From NCBI GenBank assembly GCA_963804995.1, contig CAWDSK010000001.1, positions 224,001 through 288,000 on the forward strand: DNA of 64,000 bases, given 5' to 3'. Position 1 is the stretch's first letter; the number at the start of each line of letters is the position of its first letter. This DNA is from an uncultured Acidobacteriota bacterium. GTDB taxonomy: Bacteria > Acidobacteriota > Terriglobia > UBA7540. Made by a program: the position numbers and the translations under genes. Shown here piece by piece: positions 63,874 to 64,000 of the stretch. The notes below the pieces were generated by a model that did no database searches, had not been told where the DNA came from, and was given only the letters and a program-made list of their open reading frames with translations.

Positions 63874-64000
63874 GTGGCAAGTCACAAATCTGCATTGAAG
63901 CGTATTAAGCAAACCGACCAGCGCACCGAACAGAACACCATGCACGTCACGCGGCTGCGTCACCAGATGCGCAAGTTCCGCGCCGCCCTGAAAGCTAAGG
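63874..64000 (+). CDS. rpsT: 30S ribosomal protein S20 (partial)
   Basis: AAGGAG SD, GTG start, ASHKSALKRIKQT. Confidence 0.88.
   Translation, partial: MASHKSALKRIKQTDQRTEQNTMHVTRLRHQMRKFRAALKAK

Overview
GC-rich bacterial chromosomal window, probably Acidobacteria-like (inferred from gene content and repeat style, not proven). The housekeeping backbone has ubiA-like/ubiX, larB, purB, EF-G2, dgt, glgC, LysR-aspartokinase-thrC, ppc, hpt and rpsT. Accessory DNA includes: an anti-phage-type kinase/dCTP-deaminase gene with a tiny downstream ORF; a complete group II intron inserted into a REP-like palindrome, with a visible EBS1/IBS1 match; an ~11.7 kb island bounded by a duplicated 3' end of a transporter gene; an IS1182-type element with two MITE derivatives; an IS4/IS701-like element; an AlbA_2(Schlafen)-ATPase + ParA pair; and several TA modules whose toxin is broken while the antitoxin is intact. 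The most unusual structure is a dense population of inverted heptamer-repeat arrays and hairpin repeats. One set brackets a four-helix-bundle gene and another surrounds a GxxExxY gene, suggesting poorly characterised repeat-associated mobile or RNA-processing systems. Single-base-insertion frameshifts in several conserved genes (purB, fusA, thrC and others) are most likely sequencing errors.
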